DNA from: an uncultured bacterium
Lineage (GTDB): Bacteria; Zixibacteria; MSB-5A5; UBA10806
Assembly (NCBI GenBank): GCA_965541585.1
Contig: CBEUCH010000003.1
Coordinates: 64,001-128,000 of the forward strand
Reading direction: 5' to 3'
DNA length: 64,000 bases
Shown here: positions 17,087 to 26,294 of the stretch, piece after piece
Position numbering within the stretch: the first letter of the stretch is position 1
How the letters are laid out: each line of letters starts with the position of its first letter
Made by a program: the position numbers and the translations under genes
Notes under the pieces: generated by a model
Seen by the model: the letters and a program-made list of their open reading frames with translations, nothing else
What the model was told of the DNA's origin: nothing
Databases searched by the model: none

Positions 17087-18103
17087 ATGACCGACTTTTT
17101 GAAATCGCTTGATGGCCTGGAGCAAGAGGCCATACAGGCCCTGAAAGATATCAAAGACAAGGCCTCTCTCGACGCGGCCGCGGCCTCTTATCTCGGGCGC
17201 AAGGGTAAGCTAACGGAGATATCGCGGAAGCTGGGAGCGCTTGATCCTGAATCGAGGCCTGCGGCCGGGGCACGTTTAAATCAGTTCAAGAAGAGACTCG
17301 CAGACCTGATTGAAGCCAGGGCCGAGAGTCTGAAAGGCAAGGTCGAACCCGAGGCGTCTTTCGATTATACTCTACCCGGGCGAAGATCCTTCGTCGGCAG
17401 GAAACATCCCCTCATGCAGACCGTGGAAAGAACCGTTAGCATATTCCGCGGAATGGGGTTTGCAGTCGCCACGGGCCCCGATATCGATACCGATTTCTAT
17501 AATTTCGATGCCCTGAATACCCCCGAGGATCATCCGGCGCGTGATCTGTCGGACACCTTTTATGTTGAAAAGGGGATACTTCTTCGAACTCACACTTCCA
17601 CCGTCCAGATTCGCACTATGCAGGCTCAGAGACCGCCGGTCAGAATCATATCCCCCGGACGCTGCTATCGATCAGATGCCTTCGATGCATCGCATTCGCC
17701 CGTGTTTTTCCAGTGTGAGGGATTATATGTGGATCGTAATGTGACGTTCGGCGACATGAAAGGGGTCATTATTGCGTTTGCAAAGGAGATGTTCGGGCCG
17801 GATGTCAAAGTGCGGTTCAGGCCACACTTCTTTCCTTTCACCGAGCCGTCGGTCGAATACGATTTTTCCTGCATGCTCTGTGGTGGCAAGGGATGCCGGG
17901 TCTGCAAGTATAATGGATGGCTTGAAATCTCAGGCGCCGGAATGGTGGACCCGGAGGTATTCAAGGCCGTGGATTATGATCCTGAGGAATTTACCGGATA
18001 CGCATTTGGCATGGGAATGGACCGCATAACCATGCTCCGATACAGGATTGGAGATATAAGGCTCTTGTACGATAATGACATCAGATTCTTAAGGCAGTTT
18101 TGA
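17087..18103 (+). CDS. pheS: Phenylalanine-tRNA ligase alpha subunit
   Basis: YLGRKG, NFDALN..HPAR..DTF, LLRTHTS, PGRCYR, RFRPHFFPFTEPS, GAGMV, AFGMGMDR. ATG 17087 is preferred. Confidence 0.98.
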   Translation: MTDFLKSLDGLEQEAIQALKDIKDKASLDAAAASYLGRKGKLTEISRKLGALDPESRPAAGARLNQFKKRLADLIEARAESLKGKVEPEASFDYTLPGRRSFVGRKHPLMQTVERTVSIFRGMGFAVATGPDIDTDFYNFDALNTPEDHPARDLSDTFYVEKGILLRTHTSTVQIRTMQAQRPPVRIISPGRCYRSDAFDASHSPVFFQCEGLYVDRNVTFGDMKGVIIAFAKEMFGPDVKVRFRPHFFPFTEPSVEYDFSCMLCGGKGCRVCKYNGWLEISGAGMVDPEVFKAVDYDPEEFTGYAFGMGMDRITMLRYRIGDIRLLYDNDIRFLRQF

Positions 18104-20484
18104 TGAAGATTTCATACAACTTCCTTAAAACAATGATAGACTTCGATTGGCCCGCCGATGAGTTGGCAACCAGGCTTACTATGTCAGGCAGCGAGGTCGA
18201 ATCCGTCGAACGGATGGGAACGGATATCGATGGAATCATTGCAGCTAAGGTCACCTCCGTGGAAAAAATCGCCGGATCTGATAAACTGACACTATGCCAA
18301 ATTTACGACGGACAGGAAAGCTGCCCGGTCGTCTGCGGCGCCCCGAATGTGGCCAAAAATCAGATAGTCCTATTCGCGCCCCCCGGCTCAAAAATACCCG
18401 GGATGACGCTCGAGAAGACGGTTGTTCATGGAGTTGAATCATCGGGCATGATCCTCTCGGAGGCTGAGATAAAATTGTCCGACAATGAAGATGAAATTGC
18501 CGTCTTGCCACCGGATATAGAACCCGGTGTCAGGCTCCAGAAGATAGTCGATTATAGAGATACGATATTCGAGTTGGAGATCACGCCAAACCGCCCGGAT
18601 TGCCTGTCCCATATAGGAATCGCGCGGGAGATTCAAGCTCTCGGGGGCGGCAAATTAAGGTCTCCATCTACTGATCTGCTTGAGATCGCTGAACCCGCAG
18701 CGGCTGCCTTAAAAATTAACATTGATGATCCTGACGGCTGTACCCGCTACACAGGGCGCATTATCAAGGATGTGAAAATCGGTCCTTCGCCTCTCTGGCT
18801 CAAAATGATCGTCTATTATCTGGGCATGCGGCCGATCAACAACGTCGTCGATATTACGAATTATGTCATGATGGAACTCGGCCATCCTCTACATGCCTTC
18901 GATTACGACCTATTCTCAAGGCCAGAAGTACTGGTCAGGCGCGCTAAAGCCGGCGAGGAATTTATGACCCTCGATCGCATTGGCCACACCCTCGGGGAAG
19001 AGCATCTTATGATAACCGATGGTGAACTGAGCGTTGCCATCGCCGGTATAATGGGAGGCGAAAAATCGGAGGTCTCGGAGAATACGTCAAATATATTGTT
19101 GGAGTCCGCATATTTCGATCCCATCCGAATCCGGCGCGGCTCCAAATCTCTCGACCTGACAACCGAATCCTCGCGTCGATTCGAGAGGGGCGCCGACCCC
19201 AATATGGCTCCGGTCGCGAACAACCGGGCCTGTAAACTCATATCAGAAATTGCAGGCGGAAAGATCCTGAAGAGTATGGTCGATGCCAATCCCGGGCCCT
19301 TCGTCCCGGTTAAGATCGAATTGAGACCATCGAGGGTAAATCGTCTTCTCGGCTTGAAGATCCGGACTAACAGGATGGTACAAGTTCTGAAGAGTCTCGA
19401 TATTGAAGTTAAGATTAACGGCGATATCATTGCCGAACAGCCGAGTTTCAGACCGGATCTAACCCGGGAGATAGATCTGATCGAGGAGATAGCAAGGATA
19501 TATGGCCTTGACGATATCCCCGCAGTCTTCAGGCCCGGCGGCGATCTGGCCACAGCCGAAACTCGACCACAGAGAATCGGTGAACTGCTAAGATCTCACC
19601 TGGCAGGCGCCGGAGCGACTGAAATATTCCCATTATCCCTGGTAGATTCCAAGACTACGGAACGTTTTGGATTATCAGATTCCGCTGTGAAGCTTGTAAA
19701 CCCGATCTCGGAAGAGATGGCGGTTGTCAGGCCGAATCTGATACTCTCCATGCTTCCTGTTATCAGGAGGAATCTGAATTTCCGAGAAAAGGATCTACTC
19801 TTATTCGAGCTCGGCAGTGTCTATAATCCGGTGGGCAAAGGGCAATTGCCGCAGCAGGGAACCAATCTCATAATAGCCTTGACCGGTCTTGAATCATCCA
19901 TTTTCTGGGGTGATAGCCCTCGCACCAGGGATCTATTCTCGATAAAGGGTATAGTGGAGAACCTGGCCGATTATCTGAAGATAGGTCCGGTCAAACTAAA
20001 GCCGGCTGCCCATTTCGCATTTGAACAAACCCGCTCTTTTGAGGTATATTGTAACGAAACTATGATAGGCCATCTGGGGAGGCTTTCTGAGAAGGGCTGC
20101 TCGATAGCCGATATCAAGGGAGAAGTTTATCTGACTGAGTTGAACTTTGAGATGATGGTGGATCTTGCTCCGGAGACGCTATCGATGCAGGAACTGGATC
20201 GATTTCCGTCGGCCGACAGGGATATAGCTGTTATCGTGGATGATACCGTCCAATCTGAGACTATAAGGCAAGCCATTGCTCGAAATGGCGGCGGGTTAGT
20301 CGATACCGTTTGGATATTTGATTTATACCGAGGTGGAAATATCCCCGAAGGGAAAAAGAGTCTAGCATACGGTATCAAGTTCAGGCTGCCGGATAGGACT
20401 CTGACGGATGAAGAGGTTGACCGGGCTCAAGACAGGATAGTCAGCGCGCTAAGGGAGAAGTTCGGCGCGCAATTGAGAAGCTGA
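18103..20484 (+). CDS. pheT: Phenylalanine-tRNA ligase beta subunit
   Basis: VCGAPN, S.GM..S..E, ITPNRPD.LS..GIARE, INNVVDITNY, HPLHAFD, RFERG, FDLY.G..KSLA, RTLTDEEV. TGATG overlap with pheS. Confidence 0.98.
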   Translation: MKISYNFLKTMIDFDWPADELATRLTMSGSEVESVERMGTDIDGIIAAKVTSVEKIAGSDKLTLCQIYDGQESCPVVCGAPNVAKNQIVLFAPPGSKIPGMTLEKTVVHGVESSGMILSEAEIKLSDNEDEIAVLPPDIEPGVRLQKIVDYRDTIFELEITPNRPDCLSHIGIAREIQALGGGKLRSPSTDLLEIAEPAAAALKINIDDPDGCTRYTGRIIKDVKIGPSPLWLKMIVYYLGMRPINNVVDITNYVMMELGHPLHAFDYDLFSRPEVLVRRAKAGEEFMTLDRIGHTLGEEHLMITDGELSVAIAGIMGGEKSEVSENTSNILLESAYFDPIRIRRGSKSLDLTTESSRRFERGADPNMAPVANNRACKLISEIAGGKILKSMVDANPGPFVPVKIELRPSRVNRLLGLKIRTNRMVQVLKSLDIEVKINGDIIAEQPSFRPDLTREIDLIEEIARIYGLDDIPAVFRPGGDLATAETRPQRIGELLRSHLAGAGATEIFPLSLVDSKTTERFGLSDSAVKLVNPISEEMAVVRPNLILSMLPVIRRNLNFREKDLLLFELGSVYNPVGKGQLPQQGTNLIIALTGLESSIFWGDSPRTRDLFSIKGIVENLADYLKIGPVKLKPAAHFAFEQTRSFEVYCNETMIGHLGRLSEKGCSIADIKGEVYLTELNFEMMVDLAPETLSMQELDRFPSADRDIAVIVDDTVQSETIRQAIARNGGGLVDTVWIFDLYRGGNIPEGKKSLAYGIKFRLPDRTLTDEEVDRAQDRIVSALREKFGAQLRS

Positions 20485-20490
20485 GATTAT

Positions 20491-20745
20491 ATGGATCTGA
20501 AAACAATATCCGATTTAGAAGACAAAATCGGCCGGGCAGTTGAGATGCTCGCCGATTTGAAAAATGAAAAGGTCAGGCAAAAAAAGGAGAATGAGAAGCT
20601 AAAAAGTCAATTTGATGAATATCGAAAGAAAGTTGAAAAATCTAAAGCCCTGGCTTCCAGGCCGGGTTTTGATAGCCGGAAGATCAAAGATAGACTCGAG
20701 AAACTTGCTGGAAAACTGGCGGCTTTAGAGGACAGTTGGAGTTGA
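20491..20745 (+). CDS. ZapB-like coiled-coil protein
   Basis: 84-aa coiled coil (LEDKIGRAVEMLADLKNE) between pheT and zapA. Confidence 0.6.
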   Translation: MDLKTISDLEDKIGRAVEMLADLKNEKVRQKKENEKLKSQFDEYRKKVEKSKALASRPGFDSRKIKDRLEKLAGKLAALEDSWS

Positions 20746-20764
20746 ATATATAGCGGGCGCTAAA

Positions 20765-21043
20765 TTGGAGAAAACGAGTGTGACAGTAACGATCTTCGGT
20801 AGAGAATACAGCATAAAATCGGAGGTCGATCCGGATCATATAAAAAAGGCTGCAGGCTACCTCGATTCTAAGATGCAGGAGATTGCGGACAGCTACCCGA
20901 ACATCTCGGAAAATCGCGTAGCGGTCCTGGCGGCGTTAAACATTACCTATGAACTCTCTCAATCACCGGGCGAACCCGGGGATCAAGCCGCCGCCGAAGA
21001 AATAATTATCCGGCTCACTCAAAAGCTCTCCGACGTTTTGTAA
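20765..21043 (+). CDS. zapA: Cell division protein ZapA
   Basis: VTIFGREY..AAGYLDSKM..RVAVLAALNI. TTG start. Confidence 0.9.
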   Translation: MEKTSVTVTIFGREYSIKSEVDPDHIKKAAGYLDSKMQEIADSYPNISENRVAVLAALNITYELSQSPGEPGDQAAAEEIIIRLTQKLSDVL

Positions 21044-21076
21044 TTTGATATAAGCGTCCGCCCCTCTGGAGGAACA

Positions 21077-22636
21077 ATGGAACCGATTTATTACCTGGTC
21101 GGGGCAGGGATCGCTATTCTGGCATTCCTGATAGGCCTTTTGATCTCGCGAAAAACCGGAGAAGGCAGGATCGCGAATGCTGAGTCCCTGGCAACCAAAA
21201 TCGTTGCCGAAGCGGAGAAATCCGCCGAGATTAAAAAGAAAGAAACAATCCTTGAGGCAAAGGACGAGTGGTTCAAATCAAAGCAGAAATTCGAGCGGGA
21301 AACTCAATCGAGGAAAGAGGAGATTGCCAAACTTGAACGCGCCCTTGCGGGTAAAGAGAGCAATCTCAATCGCAAGGTTGACATCCTCGATAAGAAAGAA
21401 AGGGATATCCAGCATAGGGACAAGACCCTCTCAATCAAAGAGAAAGCCACCGAAACCAAAGAGAGAGAACTGGACCGGCTGATCGCGGATCAAAATACCC
21501 AGCTCGAAAAGATCGCCGGAATGACATCCGACGAAGCCAAGAAACTGCTCATCTCGAATCTCGAGGCCGTGGCCCGGCGAGAAGCCGCTTCTATGATTAA
21601 GGAGATCAAGGACGAGGCCGAACGAACAGCCGAGAAGGAAGCCAAGGATATCATTATTCAGGCCATCCAGAGATGCGCTGCCGATCACGCCGCCGAATCC
21701 TGCGTCTCGGTGGTTAACCTGCCGACCGATGAAATGAAGGGCAGGATAATCGGTCGTGAGGGACGCAACATCCGCTCTTTCGAAACTGCCACCGGGATCG
21801 ACGTTATAGTCGACGATACTCCCGAAGCCGTTATCTTATCCGGCTATGATCCTATAAGGCGTGAGGTGGCCAGGATGGCGCTCGAAAAACTCATAATCGA
21901 TGGCCGCATCCATCCGTCGCGTATAGAAGAGGTCGTAACCAAAGCGGATAAAGAGATGGAGGTTATAATCCGCGAGACCGGCGAACAGGCCTGTTTTGAT
22001 GTAGGTGTCCACGGTGTTCATCCGGAGATAGTGAAGCTCCTCGGAAAACTCCATTTCCGGACAAGCTACGGGCAAAATGTTCTTCAACATTCCAAGGAGG
22101 TTGCTATCCTCTGCGGCATAATGGCTGCTGAGCTTGACATTGACGGCACTATTGCCAAGAGGGCCGGGTTGCTCCATGATATCGGCAAGGCAATCGACCG
22201 CGAGACGGAGGGAACACATACTCAGATCGGTGTGGAGTTCGCGTCTAAATTCAATGAGAACCAGATAGTATTGAACTCCATCGCCAGTCACCATGAAGAC
22301 GTTCCCATGGAGAGTCCTTATGCTGTACTGGTGCAGGCTGCCGACGCCGTTTCCGGGGCACGCCCCGGAGCGAGACGGGAGACGCTGGAAGGATATATCA
22401 AACGTCTTGAGAAGCTCGAGGAGATGGCCGATAGCTTCAAGGGCGTCGCCAAGGCTTATGCCATTCAGGCAGGACGCGAGATCAGGGTAATAGTGGAATC
22501 AGAGCAAATTGATGATTTGGCCAGCTCTAATCTGGCCAGCGAGATCGCCAGAAAAATAGAGTCTGAAATGGAATATCCGGGCCAGATAAGGGTCACGGTG
22601 ATAAGAGAGGTGCGGACCGTGGATTATGCCAGGTAA
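21077..22636 (+). CDS. rny: Ribonuclease Y
   Basis: N-terminal transmembrane segment, coiled coil, KH domain ([14 protein letters not shown]), HD domain ([19 protein letters not shown]), RPGARRE, YPGQI. Confidence 0.98.
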   Translation: MEPIYYLVGAGIAILAFLIGLLISRKTGEGRIANAESLATKIVAEAEKSAEIKKKETILEAKDEWFKSKQKFERETQSRKEEIAKLERALAGKESNLNRKVDILDKKERDIQHRDKTLSIKEKATETKERELDRLIADQNTQLEKIAGMTSDEAKKLLISNLEAVARREAASMIKEIKDEAERTAEKEAKDIIIQAIQRCAADHAAESCVSVVNLPTDEMKGRIIGREGRNIRSFETATGIDVIVDDTPEAVILSGYDPIRREVARMALEKLIIDGRIHPSRIEEVVTKADKEMEVIIRETGEQACFDVGVHGVHPEIVKLLGKLHFRTSYGQNVLQHSKEVAILCGIMAAELDIDGTIAKRAGLLHDIGKAIDRETEGTHTQIGVEFASKFNENQIVLNSIASHHEDVPMESPYAVLVQAADAVSGARPGARRETLEGYIKRLEKLEEMADSFKGVAKAYAIQAGREIRVIVESEQIDDLASSNLASEIARKIESEMEYPGQIRVTVIREVRTVDYAR

Positions 22637-22693
22637 TCGAATCTGGATGTTTTGCAGGTTATTTCCGTGTGAGCTTTTCAAGAAAGGTAAACT

Positions 22694-23515
22694 TTGAAAG
22701 TCCTGTTCGTTGGAGACGTAAATGGCAAACCGGGGCGGAAATGCCTCGAAGACTATCTATACGAATGCAGAAAAAATCATGTCAAATATGATTTCGTAAT
22801 AGCAAACGTTGAAAATGCCGCCGGGGGCTTCGGTCTGACGAAAGATATTTCCCGAAAGATGCTGGAATCCGGGGTCGACTGTCAGACCTCCGGCAATCAT
22901 ATCTGGGATAAGAAAGAAATCTATCCGTATTTCGAGGTGGAACCGCGCTTACTGCGTCCCGCAAACTACCCGTCAGGCGCTCCCGGGCTGGGATATAACA
23001 TCTATGATACCAATGATGGCGAAAAAATAGCCGTCATAAATCTCCAGGGGCGCATTTTCATGTGGAATATCGATTGCCCCTTTAAGACAATGGATAGAAT
23101 ACTCTCCGAGATCCCGGCCGAAACCAGGGTTATTTTCATCGATTTCCACGCCGAGGCCACCTCCGAGAAGCAGGCTCTGGGATGGTATCTTAATGGACGT
23201 GTGTCCGCTGTGATCGGGACACATACCCATGTCCAGACGGTTGATGAGAGAATACTCTCCGGCGGCACGGCTTTCATTAGCGACGTCGGCATGACCGGCC
23301 CCTACGATTCGGTGATCGGGGTTGAAATCGATGACGCTCTTTACAGGATCGTATCCGGTCTTCCCAATAGATTCACCATCGCCCAGAACGATATAAGATT
23401 CGCAGCCGTCGTAGTGGATATCGATCCCGCCACCGGTAAGGCATTATCTATCGAGAGAATCTTTCGACCCGTGAATACCGGAGACGATCCGGATCGCAAA
23501 CAGGAAAGATTTTGA
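22694..23515 (+). CDS. ymdB: YmdB/TIGR00282-type metallophosphoesterase
   Basis: GDVNGKPGR, NVENAAGG.G, TSGNHIWD, LRPANYP, DFHAEATSEK, GTHTHV, DVGMTG. It follows rny. Confidence 0.92.
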   Translation: MKVLFVGDVNGKPGRKCLEDYLYECRKNHVKYDFVIANVENAAGGFGLTKDISRKMLESGVDCQTSGNHIWDKKEIYPYFEVEPRLLRPANYPSGAPGLGYNIYDTNDGEKIAVINLQGRIFMWNIDCPFKTMDRILSEIPAETRVIFIDFHAEATSEKQALGWYLNGRVSAVIGTHTHVQTVDERILSGGTAFISDVGMTGPYDSVIGVEIDDALYRIVSGLPNRFTIAQNDIRFAAVVVDIDPATGKALSIERIFRPVNTGDDPDRKQERF

Positions 23516-24402
23516 TGCCTGCAGAGATAATCGACGGCAAGAAGATTGCCTTGCAGATTAGATCCGAGCTGAAGAAAAATATCATATCATTAGAAGAGAA
23601 GGGTATTGTCCCCGGCCTGGCCGCGGTTTTGGTCGGTGATAATCCGGCCTCCGCCATATACGTGAAAATGAAGGCTAATGCTTGCAAGGATATCGGCATT
23701 TATTCTGAAGTTATCAAAAAGGATAAAACCTGCTCTCATCAGGAGCTTCTCGAACTTGTCGACCAGCTAAATAATCGCGATGATATAGATGGAATACTGG
23801 TTCAGTCCCCGTTGCCTGATCAGATCGGCGAGGCGGCCATAACTTTCGCCATCGATCCCCAAAAGGATGTCGACGGTTTCCATCCGGTCAATCAGGGCCT
23901 GCTTCTGGCGGGGCGTGCTGCCTTCGAGCCGGCCACTCCCATGGGCGTTATGGAGCTTCTGGAGCGTTCGGGAAATAATCCTGCCGGAAAAGAGGTCGTT
24001 ATCCTGGGCCGGGGGTTTCTGGTGGGTCGCCCCTTATCGGTGATGCTTTCATTGAAGGCTAAGAGCGCCAATGCAACCGTTACCATCTGCCACACAGGAA
24101 CAAAGGATATATCGTTGCATACAAAAAGAGCGGACATAATCATCGCCGCCATGGGCAAGGCCCGGTTTCTCAAGGCCGATATGGTTAAGCCGGGGGCGGT
24201 TGTTATCGACGTCGGCACCAACCAGATCGCTGATCCGACTCATCCCAAAGGGAAGAGGCTGGTGGGCGATGTCGATTTCGACTCGGTCAAAGAAGTGGCC
24301 GGCGCAATAACGCCGGTTCCCGGGGGCGTCGGTCCCATGACAATCGCCTCATTGCTGAGGAACACGCTCAAGGCCTGCAAGAGCAGGCACGGAATCATTT
24401 AG
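23515..24402 (+). CDS. folD: Bifunctional methylenetetrahydrofolate dehydrogenase/cyclohydrolase
   Basis: IIDGK, PGLA..LVG..PAS..YV, GILVQ.PLP, KDVDGFH, ATVTICH, VIDVG, ITPVPGGVGPMT. Confidence 0.98.
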   Translation: MPAEIIDGKKIALQIRSELKKNIISLEEKGIVPGLAAVLVGDNPASAIYVKMKANACKDIGIYSEVIKKDKTCSHQELLELVDQLNNRDDIDGILVQSPLPDQIGEAAITFAIDPQKDVDGFHPVNQGLLLAGRAAFEPATPMGVMELLERSGNNPAGKEVVILGRGFLVGRPLSVMLSLKAKSANATVTICHTGTKDISLHTKRADIIIAAMGKARFLKADMVKPGAVVIDVGTNQIADPTHPKGKRLVGDVDFDSVKEVAGAITPVPGGVGPMTIASLLRNTLKACKSRHGII

Positions 24403-24403
24403 A

Positions 24404-25639
24404 ATGACCCATAAGATTTATTCTATAACCGAGTTAACCGGAGAACTTAAACAAATACTCGAGGGCGCCTTTCCGAAGATCTGGGTCGAAGGTGAAATCT
24501 CAAACTACTTAAAACACTCATCGGGGCATCGGTATTTTACGATGAAGGACCAGAATGCTCAACTCCGATGCGTGATGTGGCGGTGGATGGGCAGCCACCT
24601 CATTTTCGAGCCGCAGGATGGTCTGAAGGTCAGGGCATCCGGGCAGGTCACAGTTTATGAAAAATCAGGGCAATACCAGCTAATTGTAACGTCGATACAG
24701 CCTGTCGGTATCGGCGAACTAGAATTGGCTTTCCAGCAATTGAAGAATAAGCTTGAGGAGGAGGGGCTATTCGATCCCGAGCATAAAATCCCCATACCGG
24801 AATTCCCGAATCGAATCGGAGTGGTGACATCGCCGACCGGTGCCGCCATCAGGGATATTCTGACTATTACTGCACGGCGCGCTCCGTGGGTGGAAATTAT
24901 TCTTTGGCCGGTGCTGGTTCAGGGCGAGGGTGCAGCTAGTCAAATCGCTCATGCCATCGCGGGATTCAATAAGCTGGATCTGGTGGATGTCATAATAGTC
25001 GGCCGCGGCGGAGGATCCCTCGAGGATCTCTGGGCCTTCAACGAAGAGGAGGTTGCCCGGGCCATATACGATTCGGACATCCCGGTCATCTCTGCAGTCG
25101 GTCATGAAATAGATTTCTCGATTTCCGATTTCGTAGCCGATCTGCGCGCTCCCACTCCGTCAGCGGCGGCGGAGATTGCAGTTCCCGATGGCGAGGAGTT
25201 GCTGTCGCGCATCGATGGTTATCTCGAAAACATATTATCATCAATGATGGATCTGATCGAGCAGGAGCAGGGGCGATTGGATGATATCCTGTCGCGTTAC
25301 GGTCTCAGGAGGCCGCTGGAGATTATCGCCCAGAGGGCCCAGCGTTGCGATGATCTCTCCCATTTACTGGACGTCCAGATGTCGCATCGCATGCAGATCT
25401 TCATGAATCGCTCGCAAACGCTATTTGAGAAGCTGGAGATGGTCTCCCCGAAAGCGGTCATGAAGCGGGGATATTCCTACGCCCGCGATCAGAAGGGCGA
25501 GGCCGTAAAAAGCTTCAAACAGGTTGCAATCGACGATAAAATCGATATAATTCTACATGAGGGCGGCCTGCAAACCAGGGTTACCCGTATCGACCCGAAA
25601 TCCCCAACCCGTACGGGGGAGAAGAAGCGCGATGGCTAA
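24404..25639 (+). CDS. xseA: Exodeoxyribonuclease VII large subunit
   Basis: WVEGEISN..SGH.YF..KD, EGLFD, IGVVTSPTGAAIRD, RGGGS.EDLW.FN.E, AVGHE.D, RAPTPSAAAE. Confidence 0.98.
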   Translation: MTHKIYSITELTGELKQILEGAFPKIWVEGEISNYLKHSSGHRYFTMKDQNAQLRCVMWRWMGSHLIFEPQDGLKVRASGQVTVYEKSGQYQLIVTSIQPVGIGELELAFQQLKNKLEEEGLFDPEHKIPIPEFPNRIGVVTSPTGAAIRDILTITARRAPWVEIILWPVLVQGEGAASQIAHAIAGFNKLDLVDVIIVGRGGGSLEDLWAFNEEEVARAIYDSDIPVISAVGHEIDFSISDFVADLRAPTPSAAAEIAVPDGEELLSRIDGYLENILSSMMDLIEQEQGRLDDILSRYGLRRPLEIIAQRAQRCDDLSHLLDVQMSHRMQIFMNRSQTLFEKLEMVSPKAVMKRGYSYARDQKGEAVKSFKQVAIDDKIDIILHEGGLQTRVTRIDPKSPTRTGEKKRDG

Positions 25640-25973
25640 GACTTTGACCGGCAAGATGTATTATTCCATCTCCGAGGCTGCCGTCATGGTCGGGGTGGAA
25701 GCATATGTCCTTCGCTTCTGGGAAAAGGAGTTCCCGCAGATAAAGCCGCGCAAGAATCGCGCCGGCAACAGAATCTACAAACCGTCCGATATCAAGCGGG
25801 TCAAGCGGATCAAGCGTCTGCTCCACGACGATGGCTACACTATCGAGGGCGCCAAAAATCTCTTGAAGCGCGAGGCGGGGGAGGCCGGCGCCGATCCTCG
25901 TGCCGAAGAGGTCCGGGACCTGCTCCGCGAGATCAGAATCGAGTTGGAGAAGATCATCAAACTTTTGCCTTGA
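25632..25973 (+). CDS. MerR-family HTH regulator
   Basis: KMYYSISE..VLRFWEKEFPQIKP..GNRIY..LLHDDGYTIEGAK. ATG 25632, followed by tRNA-Pro. Confidence 0.9.
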   Translation: MAKTLTGKMYYSISEAAVMVGVEAYVLRFWEKEFPQIKPRKNRAGNRIYKPSDIKRVKRIKRLLHDDGYTIEGAKNLLKREAGEAGADPRAEEVRDLLREIRIELEKIIKLLP

Positions 25974-26007
25974 TATGAACCATTTCTGTATTATTATGAA
26001 TTATTGT

Positions 26008-26085
26008 CGGGGCGTGGCGCAGCCTGGTTAGCGTGCTTGCTTGGGGTGCAAGTGGTCGGCCGTTCAAATCGGCTCGCCCCGACCA
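26008..26085 (+). tRNA. tRNA-Pro(GGG)
   Basis: Acceptor stem CGGGGCG/CGCCCCG, anticodon arm CTTGC-TT GGG GT-GCAAG, T loop GTTCAAATC, encoded CCA. Confidence 0.97.
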
Positions 26086-26294
26086 GATAATTAACACAAT
26101 CTAATAAAAAAAGTTTATAGCGGTGGCAGGTCTCCTTCTAGGTCGTCTGACTGAATGTCAGAGTCGAAAGCGCTTGATTTTTCTGCATTACTGGTTAAAT
26201 TTAATAGGAATATGTCTTGCTATGTAACTTCTGATAACTTATCGGATTGTTGTTAGCAGGCAGGTCAACGGAGATCATAAAAGAGGACGTTGCC

